A stretch of 64,000 bases of DNA, from NCBI GenBank assembly GCA_027622195.1, contig JAQBZO010000005.1, forward strand, positions 18,861 to 82,860, written 5' to 3'. The DNA comes from Planctomycetota bacterium (lineage in GTDB: Bacteria; Planctomycetota; Phycisphaerae; Phycisphaerales; SM1A02). This document shows, piece after piece, positions 10,669 through 20,168 of this stretch (position 1 is the first letter of the stretch; each line of letters starts with the position of its first letter). The position numbers and the translations under genes were made by a program. Under the pieces are notes generated by a model, which ran no database searches, was not told where the DNA came from, and was given only the letters and a program-made list of their open reading frames with translations.

Positions 10669-11762
10669 GGGGATAATCCTTCTTGCGAATCAGCAGCGTA
10701 CGCGTCTTGTACTCGCTTCGCGCCGACGCTGTCGCCTGATTCGATAAGTGCCTCCGAAGCCCAACCCGCCGCTCGCGCAGCCAATGCTGGATGGTCCTCT
10801 CGCGCCGTTTCCGCAGCCGCGAGGAGTGCGAGAATGGCGGCATCATTCGCGGCCGAACTCTTCTCGCATTGGAGACTCTCTGCCATCGCGATGTGAGCCC
10901 ACGCGCGCTGCCACGCAAGCGGATAGTGGGATGACTCGAGCCGATCGCGCGATTTTTCGCGATCACTCTTCTGCTGAGAAAGTCCTGCAATCCACAGATT
11001 GAGGATCTCGATGGAATCGGTTGCTCCTGACGACAGTTCCTTTGGAACGCGCGCACGATCTGCCGCTTTGAAGGGTGGAACATCCTCGGTGGTGAATGCG
11101 CGCTTCGCAAGCCACTGCACTCTCAACCGAATGGCTTCGACCACTGGATGGGCAACCTTGAGGAAAGAAAGCGACTGTGCATCGATTGTGGCACTGGCTC
11201 GATCGGCCCACCGAGGAGGAAGTTCTGGAATCAGTCCGATGTTGGAGACGATCGGATCGGCCAGCATCTCGAGCGGTTCGCACTTTTCTTGCGCCATGCG
11301 ACGATCTGCCACTCGAAGCGCGATCATCCATAAGTCGTCGTAGTATTGGAGGGAAAGCCGAGCGCGCAAGAGCGCGTCCGCTGCGAGGAGTGCCGAGGGA
11401 CCACCTTGGTCCATCCATGATGTCCAACCGCTGGACAGTGCATCGTTCGCAAGAGCTGCGTCGCCGCGCTGAAGTCTTTGGATTCCACGCCAGAGCGAGT
11501 CAGCGGGTGCTGCCCACCTCGCCGCTTCACGCGCATGTTTCGGGTCAGAACACTCAACTTGTAGGACTCTGTCCCAAGTCAGCAATCGCCGCGTCGATGA
11601 ATTGGCATCACTTCCGATTGCTTCGAATTCCACACCGTTGCCATCCACGCTCACCACTGTTCCGTTGAACTCTCCGGCGGCCGCTCGAAGCACGACTCGA
11701 TCCGCCTCAACCGGTTGGGCAGAGAGAATCGCCAGCAGCAGAATCGATGCAGTCTCTCTCAT
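10665..11762 (-). CDS. Exported hypothetical protein
   Basis: Signal peptide MRETASILLLAILSAQPVEA; short beta domain then helical region; coupled to both neighbours by 4-nt overlaps. Confidence 0.7.
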   Translation of the reverse strand: MRETASILLLAILSAQPVEADRVVLRAAAGEFNGTVVSVDGNGVEFEAIGSDANSSTRRLLTWDRVLQVECSDPKHAREAARWAAPADSLWRGIQRLQRGDAALANDALSSGWTSWMDQGGPSALLAADALLRARLSLQYYDDLWMIALRVADRRMAQEKCEPLEMLADPIVSNIGLIPELPPRWADRASATIDAQSLSFLKVAHPVVEAIRLRVQWLAKRAFTTEDVPPFKAADRARVPKELSSGATDSIEILNLWIAGLSQQKSDREKSRDRLESSHYPLAWQRAWAHIAMAESLQCEKSSAANDAAILALLAAAETAREDHPALAARAAGWASEALIESGDSVGAKRVQDAYAADSQEGLSP

Positions 11763-12772
11763 TGTGGTGATTTCGGCAGTGAAAGGGCGCTGGGAACAAG
11801 TTCGACATAACTGCCATGCGTTTCATTCGCGATGCGTTGAAGGGATCCGGCTCCTGGGTCTCCCTGCAATCCAAAACGGATGCAATGAATCGGCGCGGGA
11901 CCCCGCTTCCGATTGATCGCGAGAATCTTCTCGACTTCGTCGTCCTCGATTTCGCCGTCAGACAACATGAAAATCACATCGGGCACTTGATCTTGATCGA
12001 AGAGATGTTGGATCGCGAATCGGGGACGCGTGCCTCCATGCGGATCGACGCTCTTCATCCACATGCGCATCGCCGCAATCATGCCTGATCGCACTTTGGA
12101 ATACCCCTGGATATCCACGGCACCAGGAACGCTTGGCGGCGGAGCTGGAACACATTTGTCATTGAAAAAAACCACGCAGACGCTGACGTAGTCGGGCAAC
12201 TGCGAGATCGATCGAACGAGCTCTTCTTGTGCGAGTCTCAGTCGACCAGCGGTCATCATTGAACCCGAGCAATCCACGGCAAACCCGATGCGCTTCCCCT
12301 TGCCACCCGCGCCGAAAAATCGCACATCCGACCCTGCTCCACCGCCGGCTGAGTTGCCATCGCCTGAACCTCCTGCTGCGAGTCCGGAAGGAAGGTCACC
12401 GGGATCTGTTCCCACGTTGCCCAAGAGTGGAGACGCTGGTTCACTTTTTGTGGGACTCTGACTGAAACCGCTCGACGAACTACCCAAGAGTGGTTGCCCC
12501 GAGGATCCTGGAGCACTGGCCTTGGCATCGTTGCGCAGCGGAGTTCGCGGCGCGAGCGCGATCACATACTCAGTCGGTTCATCGCTCTTGCCGATCGATC
12601 CCGTGGGCACGGTCCATCCAGCCAAAACCGCAAACATCAGGGCGTGAAATGGGAGCGAAACCAACATCCCCAATGCAAAGCTCCACCACGCTGGTGTCTC
12701 TCGGCGAACGACTCTTCCTGACGGACGGGTCGAGCGCGCGCGATCCTGATTGGTACTTTCAGTCCGCCTCAT
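11759..12772 (-). CDS. TonB/TolA-anchor-like membrane protein with C-terminal vWA domain
   Basis: TM with S-x3-H-x6-L-x3-T; Gly/Pro/Ser linker; MIDAS DCSGSM, GGT, LSDG; start 12772 (alternative 12826). Confidence 0.8.
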   Translation of the reverse strand: MRRTESTNQDRARSTRPSGRVVRRETPAWWSFALGMLVSLPFHALMFAVLAGWTVPTGSIGKSDEPTEYVIALAPRTPLRNDAKASAPGSSGQPLLGSSSSGFSQSPTKSEPASPLLGNVGTDPGDLPSGLAAGGSGDGNSAGGGAGSDVRFFGAGGKGKRIGFAVDCSGSMMTAGRLRLAQEELVRSISQLPDYVSVCVVFFNDKCVPAPPPSVPGAVDIQGYSKVRSGMIAAMRMWMKSVDPHGGTRPRFAIQHLFDQDQVPDVIFMLSDGEIEDDEVEKILAINRKRGPAPIHCIRFGLQGDPGAGSLQRIANETHGSYVELVPSALSLPKSPQ

Positions 12773-12826
12773 GCTTTGGGACTCAACAATGCTCTTATTG
12801 TAGTAGTCTCCCAACGCTGAAAACAT

Positions 12827-13543
12827 ATGCCAAGTTCACCCAACCGAGTGATCGTAAAGTTGAGCGGAGAGAGCCTCTCCGAGCCTGGTCAGTTTGGCAT
12901 TTGCCCCGACGAACTGGCTTTCATCGCCGGTGAATTCGTGCTCGCCCATTCGACGGGTGTGCAACTCGCGATCGTCGTCGGTGGAGGCAACATCATCCGC
13001 GGCGCACGCCTGGCTGCCACGGGTCATATCCATCAGAGCACCGCTGATTACATGGGCATGCTCGGCACCGTCATCAATGCGTTGGCACTCAAAGAAGCAC
13101 TCGACGCGCGCGGACTCGATGCCCGCGTTCAAAGTGCCATCAATCTTCCCGCGGTCGCTGAACCATTCATTCGCGCACGCGCCGTTCGCCACCTCGAGAA
13201 GGGACGCATCGTCATCTTGGCGGCGGGAACGGGCAATCCATTCTTCACGACCGACACGTGTGCCTCGCTGCGAGGAATTGAACTTGGAGCGAAGGTCCTC
13301 TTGAAGGCAACGAAGGTTGATGGGATTTACGACAGCGATCCGCGCACCAATCCCAAGGCGGTGCGTTACCAGTCACTCACTTTTGCCGAGGCGACAAAGC
13401 AGCAACTCGGAGTGATGGATCTCACGGCGATGACCATGTGCATGGAACACAAACTCCCTGTCGTCGTCTTCGATTACAAAACTCCTGGCAATATTGCGAA
13501 AGCCGTTGCTGGTGAAACCATCGGCACACGCGTCAGCGCCTGA
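12827..13543 (+). CDS. pyrH: UMP kinase
   Basis: VKLSGE, VVGGGN, DYMGMLGT, GTGNPFFTTD, VDGIYDSDP. Confidence 0.97.
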   Translation: MPSSPNRVIVKLSGESLSEPGQFGICPDELAFIAGEFVLAHSTGVQLAIVVGGGNIIRGARLAATGHIHQSTADYMGMLGTVINALALKEALDARGLDARVQSAINLPAVAEPFIRARAVRHLEKGRIVILAAGTGNPFFTTDTCASLRGIELGAKVLLKATKVDGIYDSDPRTNPKAVRYQSLTFAEATKQQLGVMDLTAMTMCMEHKLPVVVFDYKTPGNIAKAVAGETIGTRVSA

Positions 13544-13554
13544 AAGGAAACATC

Positions 13555-14121
13555 ATGGATGTCGATACAGCCCTCTTAGAGTGCGAAGACCATATGGACA
13601 AAGCGGTCGAGTACTTCACTCGTGAACTCCGCGGACTGCGAACGGGTCGCGCCACCACCGCCTTGCTTGAGTTCGTCAAGGTGGAGTATTACGGAAGTGA
13701 AACAAACCTGCGCGAACTCGCCGCAATCAGTGTTCCAGAACCAACACAGTTGTTGGTGAAGCCATTCGATCCGAGCGCGAAGAATGACATCATCAAGGGG
13801 ATCGAGAAGGCGGGACTCGGACTCAACCCGATGGCTGAGGGATCGCAGATCAGAATCAATGTTCCCTCGCCGAGTTCGGACCGGCGGCGCCAACTCGTTG
13901 CACAGGTCAAGAAGATGGCCGAAGAGTCGCGCATCACGATTCGCAACGCGCGACGCGATGGAAACAAGGCGATCGATCACATTGCTGCTGATCCAAAGAC
14001 TAAACTTTCGGATGATGTGAAAGACAACGCCAAAGAGTCCATCGACGAATTCACGAAGAGTCACGTCGCCAAGATCGACGCGATCGCCGAAAAGAAGTCC
14101 GCCGAAATCGAAGAAGTCTAA
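13555..14121 (+). CDS. frr: Ribosome recycling factor
   Basis: LRTGRA, VEYYG, IRNARRD; follows pyrH; SD AAGGA. Confidence 0.97.
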   Translation: MDVDTALLECEDHMDKAVEYFTRELRGLRTGRATTALLEFVKVEYYGSETNLRELAAISVPEPTQLLVKPFDPSAKNDIIKGIEKAGLGLNPMAEGSQIRINVPSPSSDRRRQLVAQVKKMAEESRITIRNARRDGNKAIDHIAADPKTKLSDDVKDNAKESIDEFTKSHVAKIDAIAEKKSAEIEEV

Positions 14122-14123
14122 CT

Positions 14124-16424
14124 ATGCGAAACGATTACTCCATCGCGTCGACGATAATTCTGTTCGCCGCGACGGCAGCCGCTTTCGGCGACGATTTGCC
14201 TGTTGTGGAAGTGCGCCGTGACAACATCGAGATCACGCAGAGCTGCAGACTCACGTTTCCTGTTCCCATCATCCCTGACCTCGACGGAAATGGAGTAGTG
14301 CACATCACCGCTCCGAACATCACCGTGGTGTTGGATGGTGGTTCGTTGAGAGGAGCGCTCGCCACAACACCTCCCGATCGATTCACGGGCATTGGAATCC
14401 ACGTGAATGCAGAGCACGTCACCTTGCGCGGCGGCTCGATCTCGGGGTTCAAGGTCGGCATCCTCGGAGAGCAGTGCTCGGGAAGCGTTTTTGAGAACCA
14501 GAATCTCTCAGACAACTTCGCCCAGCATCTCGCTAGTTCAGAATCGGCTGAGTCCGCAACCGATTGGCTCTGGCCACACGACAACGATGCCCACGAATGG
14601 AGGACGAAGTACGGCGCAGGGCTGTGCATTGAGTCGTCGTCACGCGTCGAAGTGCGCGCCGTTCAAGCGCGGCGAACCCAAAACGGAATCCTCTTCGACC
14701 GAGTGCAAGACAGTCTCGTCGCGGATTGCGACTGCTCCTTCCTCTCTGGTTGGGGGATCGGTCTCTGGCGCAGCAGCGGCAACATCATCGCCAATAATGC
14801 ATTCGACTTTTGCGTGCGCGGATATAGCCATGGGATTTACAACAGAGGCCAAGATTCGGCGGGCATCTTGGTGTTTGAGCAGAGTTCCAACAATCTGATC
14901 GCGCGCAACTCGGCGACTCACTGCGGCGATGGCTATTTTTCATTCGCAGGGCGCGAGGCCATTGGCGAACGGGCATCGGTCAGTGCAGACGGCTCAGCAT
15001 CGTTCGTTGGACGCGGCTGCAGAGACAACATCCTTCTCGCGAATGATTTCTCGGACGCCGCAGCGCACGGTGTTGAAACAACGTTCTCATTCAACAACTG
15101 CGTTCTCGACAACACCATTTCAAGCAACTCGGTGTGCGGTGTGTGGGGCGGCTATTCGCACAACCTTGTTGTTGCAGGAAACACCTTGTTTCATAACGGG
15201 GATCGTGGTGTCGGCCAAGAGCGCGGTGGAATCAATATCGAGCACGGACAGGATTGTGTGATCGCTCGAAACACCTTCGCGGATTCTCCGGTCGGGGTTG
15301 CTCTCTGGTGGGACGAAGATGCAACGCTCGCCATGCTCCCGTGGGTTCAAGCCAACGGCGCCCGAGCCATTCACAACGCCATCGTTGAAAACACCTTCAC
15401 GTGCTGCGCTCGAGCGATCGAACTTCGGCGCGCAACAGCCACGACCATTTCATCCAACAGCATGGTTGACTGCAAAGAGTCGGTGATCGAACTGGACGGA
15501 ACAACCGAATCAACCGACGTGCTCGCGGCCGATCTTTCGACCACCGAACTCACCGCACGACAAAGGGCACAACTCTTGCTTTCGACCGTGACGACGAAGT
15601 CGACTCCCATCGGTGCACGCGCCCCGTTGGCAGGACGCGCGCAGATTCGCATGACCGAGTGGGGCCCATGGGACACGACGACTCCCACGCTCCTCCAATT
15701 GCCCGCCGCTGGAGGTAGCCAACGATTCGACCTGCTCGGCGGAACGATTGTCGCCTCACAGATTCTTGCCAAGTTCGGGCTGCGGAGCGACATCGACACC
15801 GATACTGATGAGGTCATCATCCACCGCGAACTTCCGCAGAATGCCGAAGAGCCTGGACAAGAGAGCGCCGTTGCGCCCTTCGCGCTCACAGTGCGTTGGG
15901 GTCGCGAGCGCAGTCAGGTTATTCAGAAATCGGGGCTGCTCGCTTCCATCACCTGGCACACCTCTGTTTTCACGCTTCCTGCTGGAATCACTCCTTCCAC
16001 CGAGTCATTCACGAATGCCGCGAATGCCGCGCCAGAGTTTCCACTGTACGAGCTTGATTTTCAAATTGGCAGCAAGAGTCCCGCGGACCATCCCGCACTT
16101 CGTGAAGCGGCGATCGCAGCAGCGATTCCTGCCGATTCGTTTGGGCTGCGCGCGCGCGCGACCGTGCTCTTTGCCCCGGGTTGTTGGATCCTCAAGACCC
16201 TGAGTGACGACGGCGTTACGGTGGTCGTCGATGGCCATCCTGTGATCCAAGAATGGACGAAGCACGAACCAACCCAGCATGAGGCCACGCTCACTTTTCC
16301 GATTCCGACCGAGGTCGAACTTGAGGTTCGATGGTTTGAATTGGATGGACGTGCCTCACTTCGCCTCTGGTTCGAGTCCTGCCCTCCTCCGCTTCTCGGA
16401 GCAGCGCCCTCCCAGACGCCTTGA
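14124..16424 (+). CDS. Secreted right-handed parallel beta-helix protein with C-terminal PA14-like domain
   Basis: Signal peptide; repeated Asn-ladder units (SSGNIIANN, SSNNLIARN); C-terminal SDDGV.V.VDG..VI..W..H...EWFE-type PA14 pattern. Confidence 0.75.
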   Translation: MRNDYSIASTIILFAATAAAFGDDLPVVEVRRDNIEITQSCRLTFPVPIIPDLDGNGVVHITAPNITVVLDGGSLRGALATTPPDRFTGIGIHVNAEHVTLRGGSISGFKVGILGEQCSGSVFENQNLSDNFAQHLASSESAESATDWLWPHDNDAHEWRTKYGAGLCIESSSRVEVRAVQARRTQNGILFDRVQDSLVADCDCSFLSGWGIGLWRSSGNIIANNAFDFCVRGYSHGIYNRGQDSAGILVFEQSSNNLIARNSATHCGDGYFSFAGREAIGERASVSADGSASFVGRGCRDNILLANDFSDAAAHGVETTFSFNNCVLDNTISSNSVCGVWGGYSHNLVVAGNTLFHNGDRGVGQERGGINIEHGQDCVIARNTFADSPVGVALWWDEDATLAMLPWVQANGARAIHNAIVENTFTCCARAIELRRATATTISSNSMVDCKESVIELDGTTESTDVLAADLSTTELTARQRAQLLLSTVTTKSTPIGARAPLAGRAQIRMTEWGPWDTTTPTLLQLPAAGGSQRFDLLGGTIVASQILAKFGLRSDIDTDTDEVIIHRELPQNAEEPGQESAVAPFALTVRWGRERSQVIQKSGLLASITWHTSVFTLPAGITPSTESFTNAANAAPEFPLYELDFQIGSKSPADHPALREAAIAAAIPADSFGLRARATVLFAPGCWILKTLSDDGVTVVVDGHPVIQEWTKHEPTQHEATLTFPIPTEVELEVRWFELDGRASLRLWFESCPPPLLGAAPSQTP

Positions 16425-16457
16425 CGAAACGGCGGGGAAAGCAGAAGATTCCCTTCA

Positions 16458-16982
16458 ATGCTCTGCCCATACTGCGGACATTCTGAGAGCAAAGTCATCG
16501 ACAGCCGCGATGCGGACGGCAAAGAGGCGACTCGTCGCCGTCGCGAATGCATGTCGTGTGAAAAGCGATTTACCACGTACGAGCGAGTCGAAAAGACGGC
16601 GCGACTCGTCGTGGTCAAGAAGAATGGATCACGCTCACCATTCGATGTCGCGAAGGTGCTTGCTGGAATCCAAGCGGCGTGCGGCAAGCGTCCTGTGTCG
16701 GAAGTCGAGAAGCAACGGCTTGCGCGCGCCATCGACGAGAGTCTCCACCGCGAGTTTGAGCGAGAGGTTGAAAGCCACGAAATCGGCGTTCGCGTTGCTC
16801 GAGGACTTCGCCGTGTGGACCGAGTCGCCGCACTCCGCTTCGCAAGCGAACTGTACGACTTCAAAGGACTCGAGGATTTCCTGAAGGAAGCAGAGGATTT
16901 GCAGCAATTCCCAGAGGATTTGCCCGATCAGCCCAACCTTTTTGAAGAGGATGGACCGTCAAGTCCAGATGCTCCCGCCTGA
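16458..16982 (+). CDS. nrdR: Transcriptional repressor NrdR
   Basis: CPYCG, KVIDSR, RRRRECMSC, RFTTYERVE, ATP cone. Confidence 0.95.
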   Translation: MLCPYCGHSESKVIDSRDADGKEATRRRRECMSCEKRFTTYERVEKTARLVVVKKNGSRSPFDVAKVLAGIQAACGKRPVSEVEKQRLARAIDESLHREFEREVESHEIGVRVARGLRRVDRVAALRFASELYDFKGLEDFLKEAEDLQQFPEDLPDQPNLFEEDGPSSPDAPA

Positions 16983-16995
16983 GTATCTTTGGTGG

Positions 16996-19062
16996 ATGCT
17001 CAGCATCCGACTTCCTGATGGCAGCGAACGAACTTACGACACTCCTGTGACTGCGGCGCGAGTGGCTGCCGATATCGGCGCCGGACTCGCACGCGCCGCC
17101 CTTGGCGCCAAGGTCAACGGAGAACTGTGCGACCTCAACACGACCATTGATCGTGACTGCACGCTCAGCATCGTCACACCAAAGCGTCGGGATGGCACCA
17201 TCGATGACGATGCGATTTTCTTGATCCGCCACAGCGCCGCACATGTCATGGCAGAAGCCATCACTCGCCTCTTCCCAGGGGTTCAACTTGTGTACGGTCC
17301 TCCCGTTGACGCGGGGTTCTATTACGACATGTCTTTCCCGAGTGGCGTCTCACCAAGTTCAGATGACTTTGCGAAGATCGAGGCAGAAATGGCTTCAATC
17401 ATCGCGGAGGATCGTCCATTCACGCGATATGAAATGGCTCTTGATCAAGGGATGAGCAAACTCGCCTCCGAAGGAAGTAAGTTCAAAATCGATAACGCGA
17501 CACGGGCGAAAGATGCTGGTTCAGTGGCTCTGTCGTTTTATGCGACGGGCACTCCAGGGAACAACTGGGAAGATCTCTGCCGCGGTCCTCATGTTCCATC
17601 CACCGGGCGCATTGGTGCCGCGAAGATCATGAGCATCGCGAGCAGTTACTGGAAGGGCGACGAAAAACTCGATCGCCTTTCTCGTGTGTACGGCGTGGCG
17701 TTCGCAACGAAGGGTGAACTCGATGCGCACCTTGCGCTGCTCGACGAAGCGAAGAAGCGTGATCACCGAGTGCTCGGAAAACAACTGCACCTCTTTCACA
17801 CCGATGATCGAGTTGGTCCAGGACTGATTCTTTGGACTCCCAACGGCGCCTGCGTGAGGCAGGAACTGCAGTCCTTCATCAGTGAAGAACTTCGAAAGCA
17901 GGGATACCACCAAGTCTTCACGCCGCACATCGCCAAGCTCGACCTCTACCGGACGAGTGGACATTTCCCGTACTACCAAGCGAGTCAGTATCCCCCGCTG
18001 ATTGAGCATGAGCAACTCGCAGCACTTGCCGCCGAAGGATGCACCTGCGGCGACCTTGCCAATCGGCTCGCGAGCGGCGACATCGACGGGTACATGCTCA
18101 AGCCGATGAATTGCCCGCATCACATCATGATCTATGCAAGCGAGGCACGATCGTATCGCGACCTTCCTGTGCGACTCGCTGAGTTCGGCACGGTGTACCG
18201 CTACGAGCAGTCTGGCGAAATTGGCGGAATGACGCGCGTTCGTGGATTCACACAAGACGACGCACATCTCTTCGTACGCGAAGATCAAATCGCAGAAGAA
18301 GTGTTGGGATGCCTGTCCATTGTCAAACTCATTTTTGGCACCCTTGGCATGACCGACTACCGCGTGCGTGTTGGACTGCGTGACGCGGATGGTTCGAAGT
18401 ATGTTGGCGAATCGTCGAACTGGGACAAAGCAGAACAAGCATGCCGTGACGCAGCGCGTTCCCTTGGCGTTCCATTCAGCGAAGAGGCGGGAGAGGCAGC
18501 CTTCTACGGTCCGAAGATTGACTTCATTGTGAAGGATGTCATCGGTCGATCATGGCAACTTGGCACGGTTCAAGTGGACTACAACTTGCCAATCCGTTTT
18601 GATCTCTCGTATGCAGGCGCGGACAACAAGGCTCATCGTCCAGTCATGATTCACCGCGCACCATTCGGCAGCATGGAGCGATTCGTGGGCGTGCTCATTG
18701 AACATTTCGCGGGCGCATTCCCCACGTGGCTCAGTCCAGAGCAGTGTCGGGTGATGACGATTTCTGAGAAGTCGGATCTCTACGGACGCGAAGTTCGCGA
18801 TGCCTTGTCGGCGGCTCGGATTCGTGCCAAGTTTGACGACTCGAATGACCGCGTGCAGTCCAAGATTCGCGCTGCCGCAGAAGAAAAAATTCCATGGCAA
18901 GTCGTGGTGGGACCCAAGGACGCTGAAAGTCGATCGGTGTCCGTTCGCATGCGCGGACGGCAGGAAAACCTCGGCACAATGCCCCTCAATGCCTTTGTCG
19001 AAGGACTCGCGCTCGAAATCTCGTCCAGAGGAGCGTCGCCGCTTTCGGCACGCTTTTCGTAG
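16996..19062 (+). CDS. thrS: Threonine--tRNA ligase
   Basis: TGS domain, RHSAAH, DLCRGPHV, RDHR, KPMNCP, GEAAFYGPKID, MIHRAPFGSMERF. Confidence 0.98.
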   Translation: MLSIRLPDGSERTYDTPVTAARVAADIGAGLARAALGAKVNGELCDLNTTIDRDCTLSIVTPKRRDGTIDDDAIFLIRHSAAHVMAEAITRLFPGVQLVYGPPVDAGFYYDMSFPSGVSPSSDDFAKIEAEMASIIAEDRPFTRYEMALDQGMSKLASEGSKFKIDNATRAKDAGSVALSFYATGTPGNNWEDLCRGPHVPSTGRIGAAKIMSIASSYWKGDEKLDRLSRVYGVAFATKGELDAHLALLDEAKKRDHRVLGKQLHLFHTDDRVGPGLILWTPNGACVRQELQSFISEELRKQGYHQVFTPHIAKLDLYRTSGHFPYYQASQYPPLIEHEQLAALAAEGCTCGDLANRLASGDIDGYMLKPMNCPHHIMIYASEARSYRDLPVRLAEFGTVYRYEQSGEIGGMTRVRGFTQDDAHLFVREDQIAEEVLGCLSIVKLIFGTLGMTDYRVRVGLRDADGSKYVGESSNWDKAEQACRDAARSLGVPFSEEAGEAAFYGPKIDFIVKDVIGRSWQLGTVQVDYNLPIRFDLSYAGADNKAHRPVMIHRAPFGSMERFVGVLIEHFAGAFPTWLSPEQCRVMTISEKSDLYGREVRDALSAARIRAKFDDSNDRVQSKIRAAAEEKIPWQVVVGPKDAESRSVSVRMRGRQENLGTMPLNAFVEGLALEISSRGASPLSARFS

Positions 19063-19103
19063 TGTCTCATTTCCGTCAAAAATCCAACCATTTGGCCTTT
19101 TTC

Positions 19104-19131
19104 TTGCCCCTTCCCCGTTTTGGAGTACATT
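19104..19131 (+). promoter_or_regulatory. Putative sigma70 promoter upstream of infC
   Basis: TTGCCC (19104) - 16 nt - TACATT (19126). Confidence 0.5.
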
Positions 19132-19320
19132 CTCGGTGAGGGACTCTCCCTCACCATCGATGCTAGGAACCACCGACGAATGTTGATCACTTTCGGAAAC
19201 TCGCTGTGAAGAGCGAGCGGCGGATCCACCCGACAATTCGAATGACCCTTCAGCGCACGCTCGCCGAGGCCGGCTCGGCTGCGATTGCCATCCTTTCGCC
19301 GGCTACAGGAGACTCCCGCT

Positions 19321-20070
19321 ATTAGCAGTTTTTTCCCTCGCCCAGGTGCGCCTCGTTTCTCTGGTCCTCGCCCGAAGGGTAATGGTCCACGTGGACCGCG
19401 CCGCGATGCGCCGCCCATCGGTCCGCGCATGAACGATCGCATTCGGATCACTCCCATTCGGCTGATTGACCAAGCTGGAGAAATGGTGGGTGTTGTTGAA
19501 ACAGACGAAGCGCGCCGCATGGCGAACGAAGCCGGACTCGATCTCGTCGAGATTGCGCCCGATGTGCGGCCGCCCGTGTGCAAGATCATGGACTACGGCA
19601 AGTACAAGTACGAGCAGTCCAAGCAGGATCGCGCCAATCGCGTGAAGAGTAAGGCACAAGAACTGAAGGAAGTGCGCCTTGGTCGATCGATGAAAATTGA
19701 CCCGCATGACATTGAGATTCGAATGCGCCAAGCGCGCGGTTTTTTGCTCGAAGGACACAAGGTCCTGATCGTGCAATTCTTCCGTGGACGAGAGATCGCC
19801 CACCGCAGTCGCGGCAATGAACGAATGGATGGCATCATCGAGAATCTTTCTGATGTGGCTCGGGTCGAACTGACTCCGCGACTCAACGGCAAGCGTCTCA
19901 CGATGATCATGGCACCCGATAAGGCTCGTATCGAGCAATACAAGCGCAAGGAATCAGCCAAGGCTCGCGAAGCGATCGCCGCAGCGCGGGCTGCCGAGGC
20001 GAATCCAGAGCCCGACGATGACCACGATGACGACCACGAGGTCGAGGGCGTCGAGAAAACGACTGAATAA
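19321..20070 (+). CDS. infC: Translation initiation factor IF-3, probable ATT start
   Basis: GLDLVEI, PPVCKIMDYGKYKYE, FRGRE; AGGAG at 19307-19311 precedes in-frame ATT AGC at 19321. Confidence 0.95.
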   Translation: MSSFFPRPGAPRFSGPRPKGNGPRGPRRDAPPIGPRMNDRIRITPIRLIDQAGEMVGVVETDEARRMANEAGLDLVEIAPDVRPPVCKIMDYGKYKYEQSKQDRANRVKSKAQELKEVRLGRSMKIDPHDIEIRMRQARGFLLEGHKVLIVQFFRGREIAHRSRGNERMDGIIENLSDVARVELTPRLNGKRLTMIMAPDKARIEQYKRKESAKAREAIAAARAAEANPEPDDDHDDDHEVEGVEKTTE

Positions 20071-20092
20071 TCGCAAATCCCCCCGCTTTCTC

Positions 20093-20117
20093 AACCCGCC
20101 ACGTCGGCGGGTTTTTT
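20093..20117 (+). terminator. Intrinsic terminator after infC
   Basis: AACCCGCC-ACGTC-GGCGGGTT followed by T run. Confidence 0.8.
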
Positions 20118-20127
20118 CTTGGACAGA

Positions 20128-20165
20128 CTTGACTTTTTATGCACTGCGGTGTATATTTATTCCTG
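20128..20165 (+). promoter_or_regulatory. arg operon promoter overlapped by two tandem ARG boxes
   Basis: -35 TTGACT (20129), 17 nt, -10 TATATT (20152); TGACTTTTTATGCA (20130) and TGTATATTTATTCC (20150) each 1 mismatch from TGnATwwwwATnCA. Confidence 0.8.
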
Positions 20166-20168
20166 CCC

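Noticed and set aside
12773..12829. Back-to-back CAT/ATG starts of the vWA gene and pyrH
   Set aside because: Leaves no promoter space; ATG 12772 is more plausible
17521..18438. Long antisense ORFs (also 23435-24487, 41313-42419, 50792-51922, 52464-53615, 58398-59405)
   Set aside because: Mirror-frame shadows of conserved genes in GC-rich DNA
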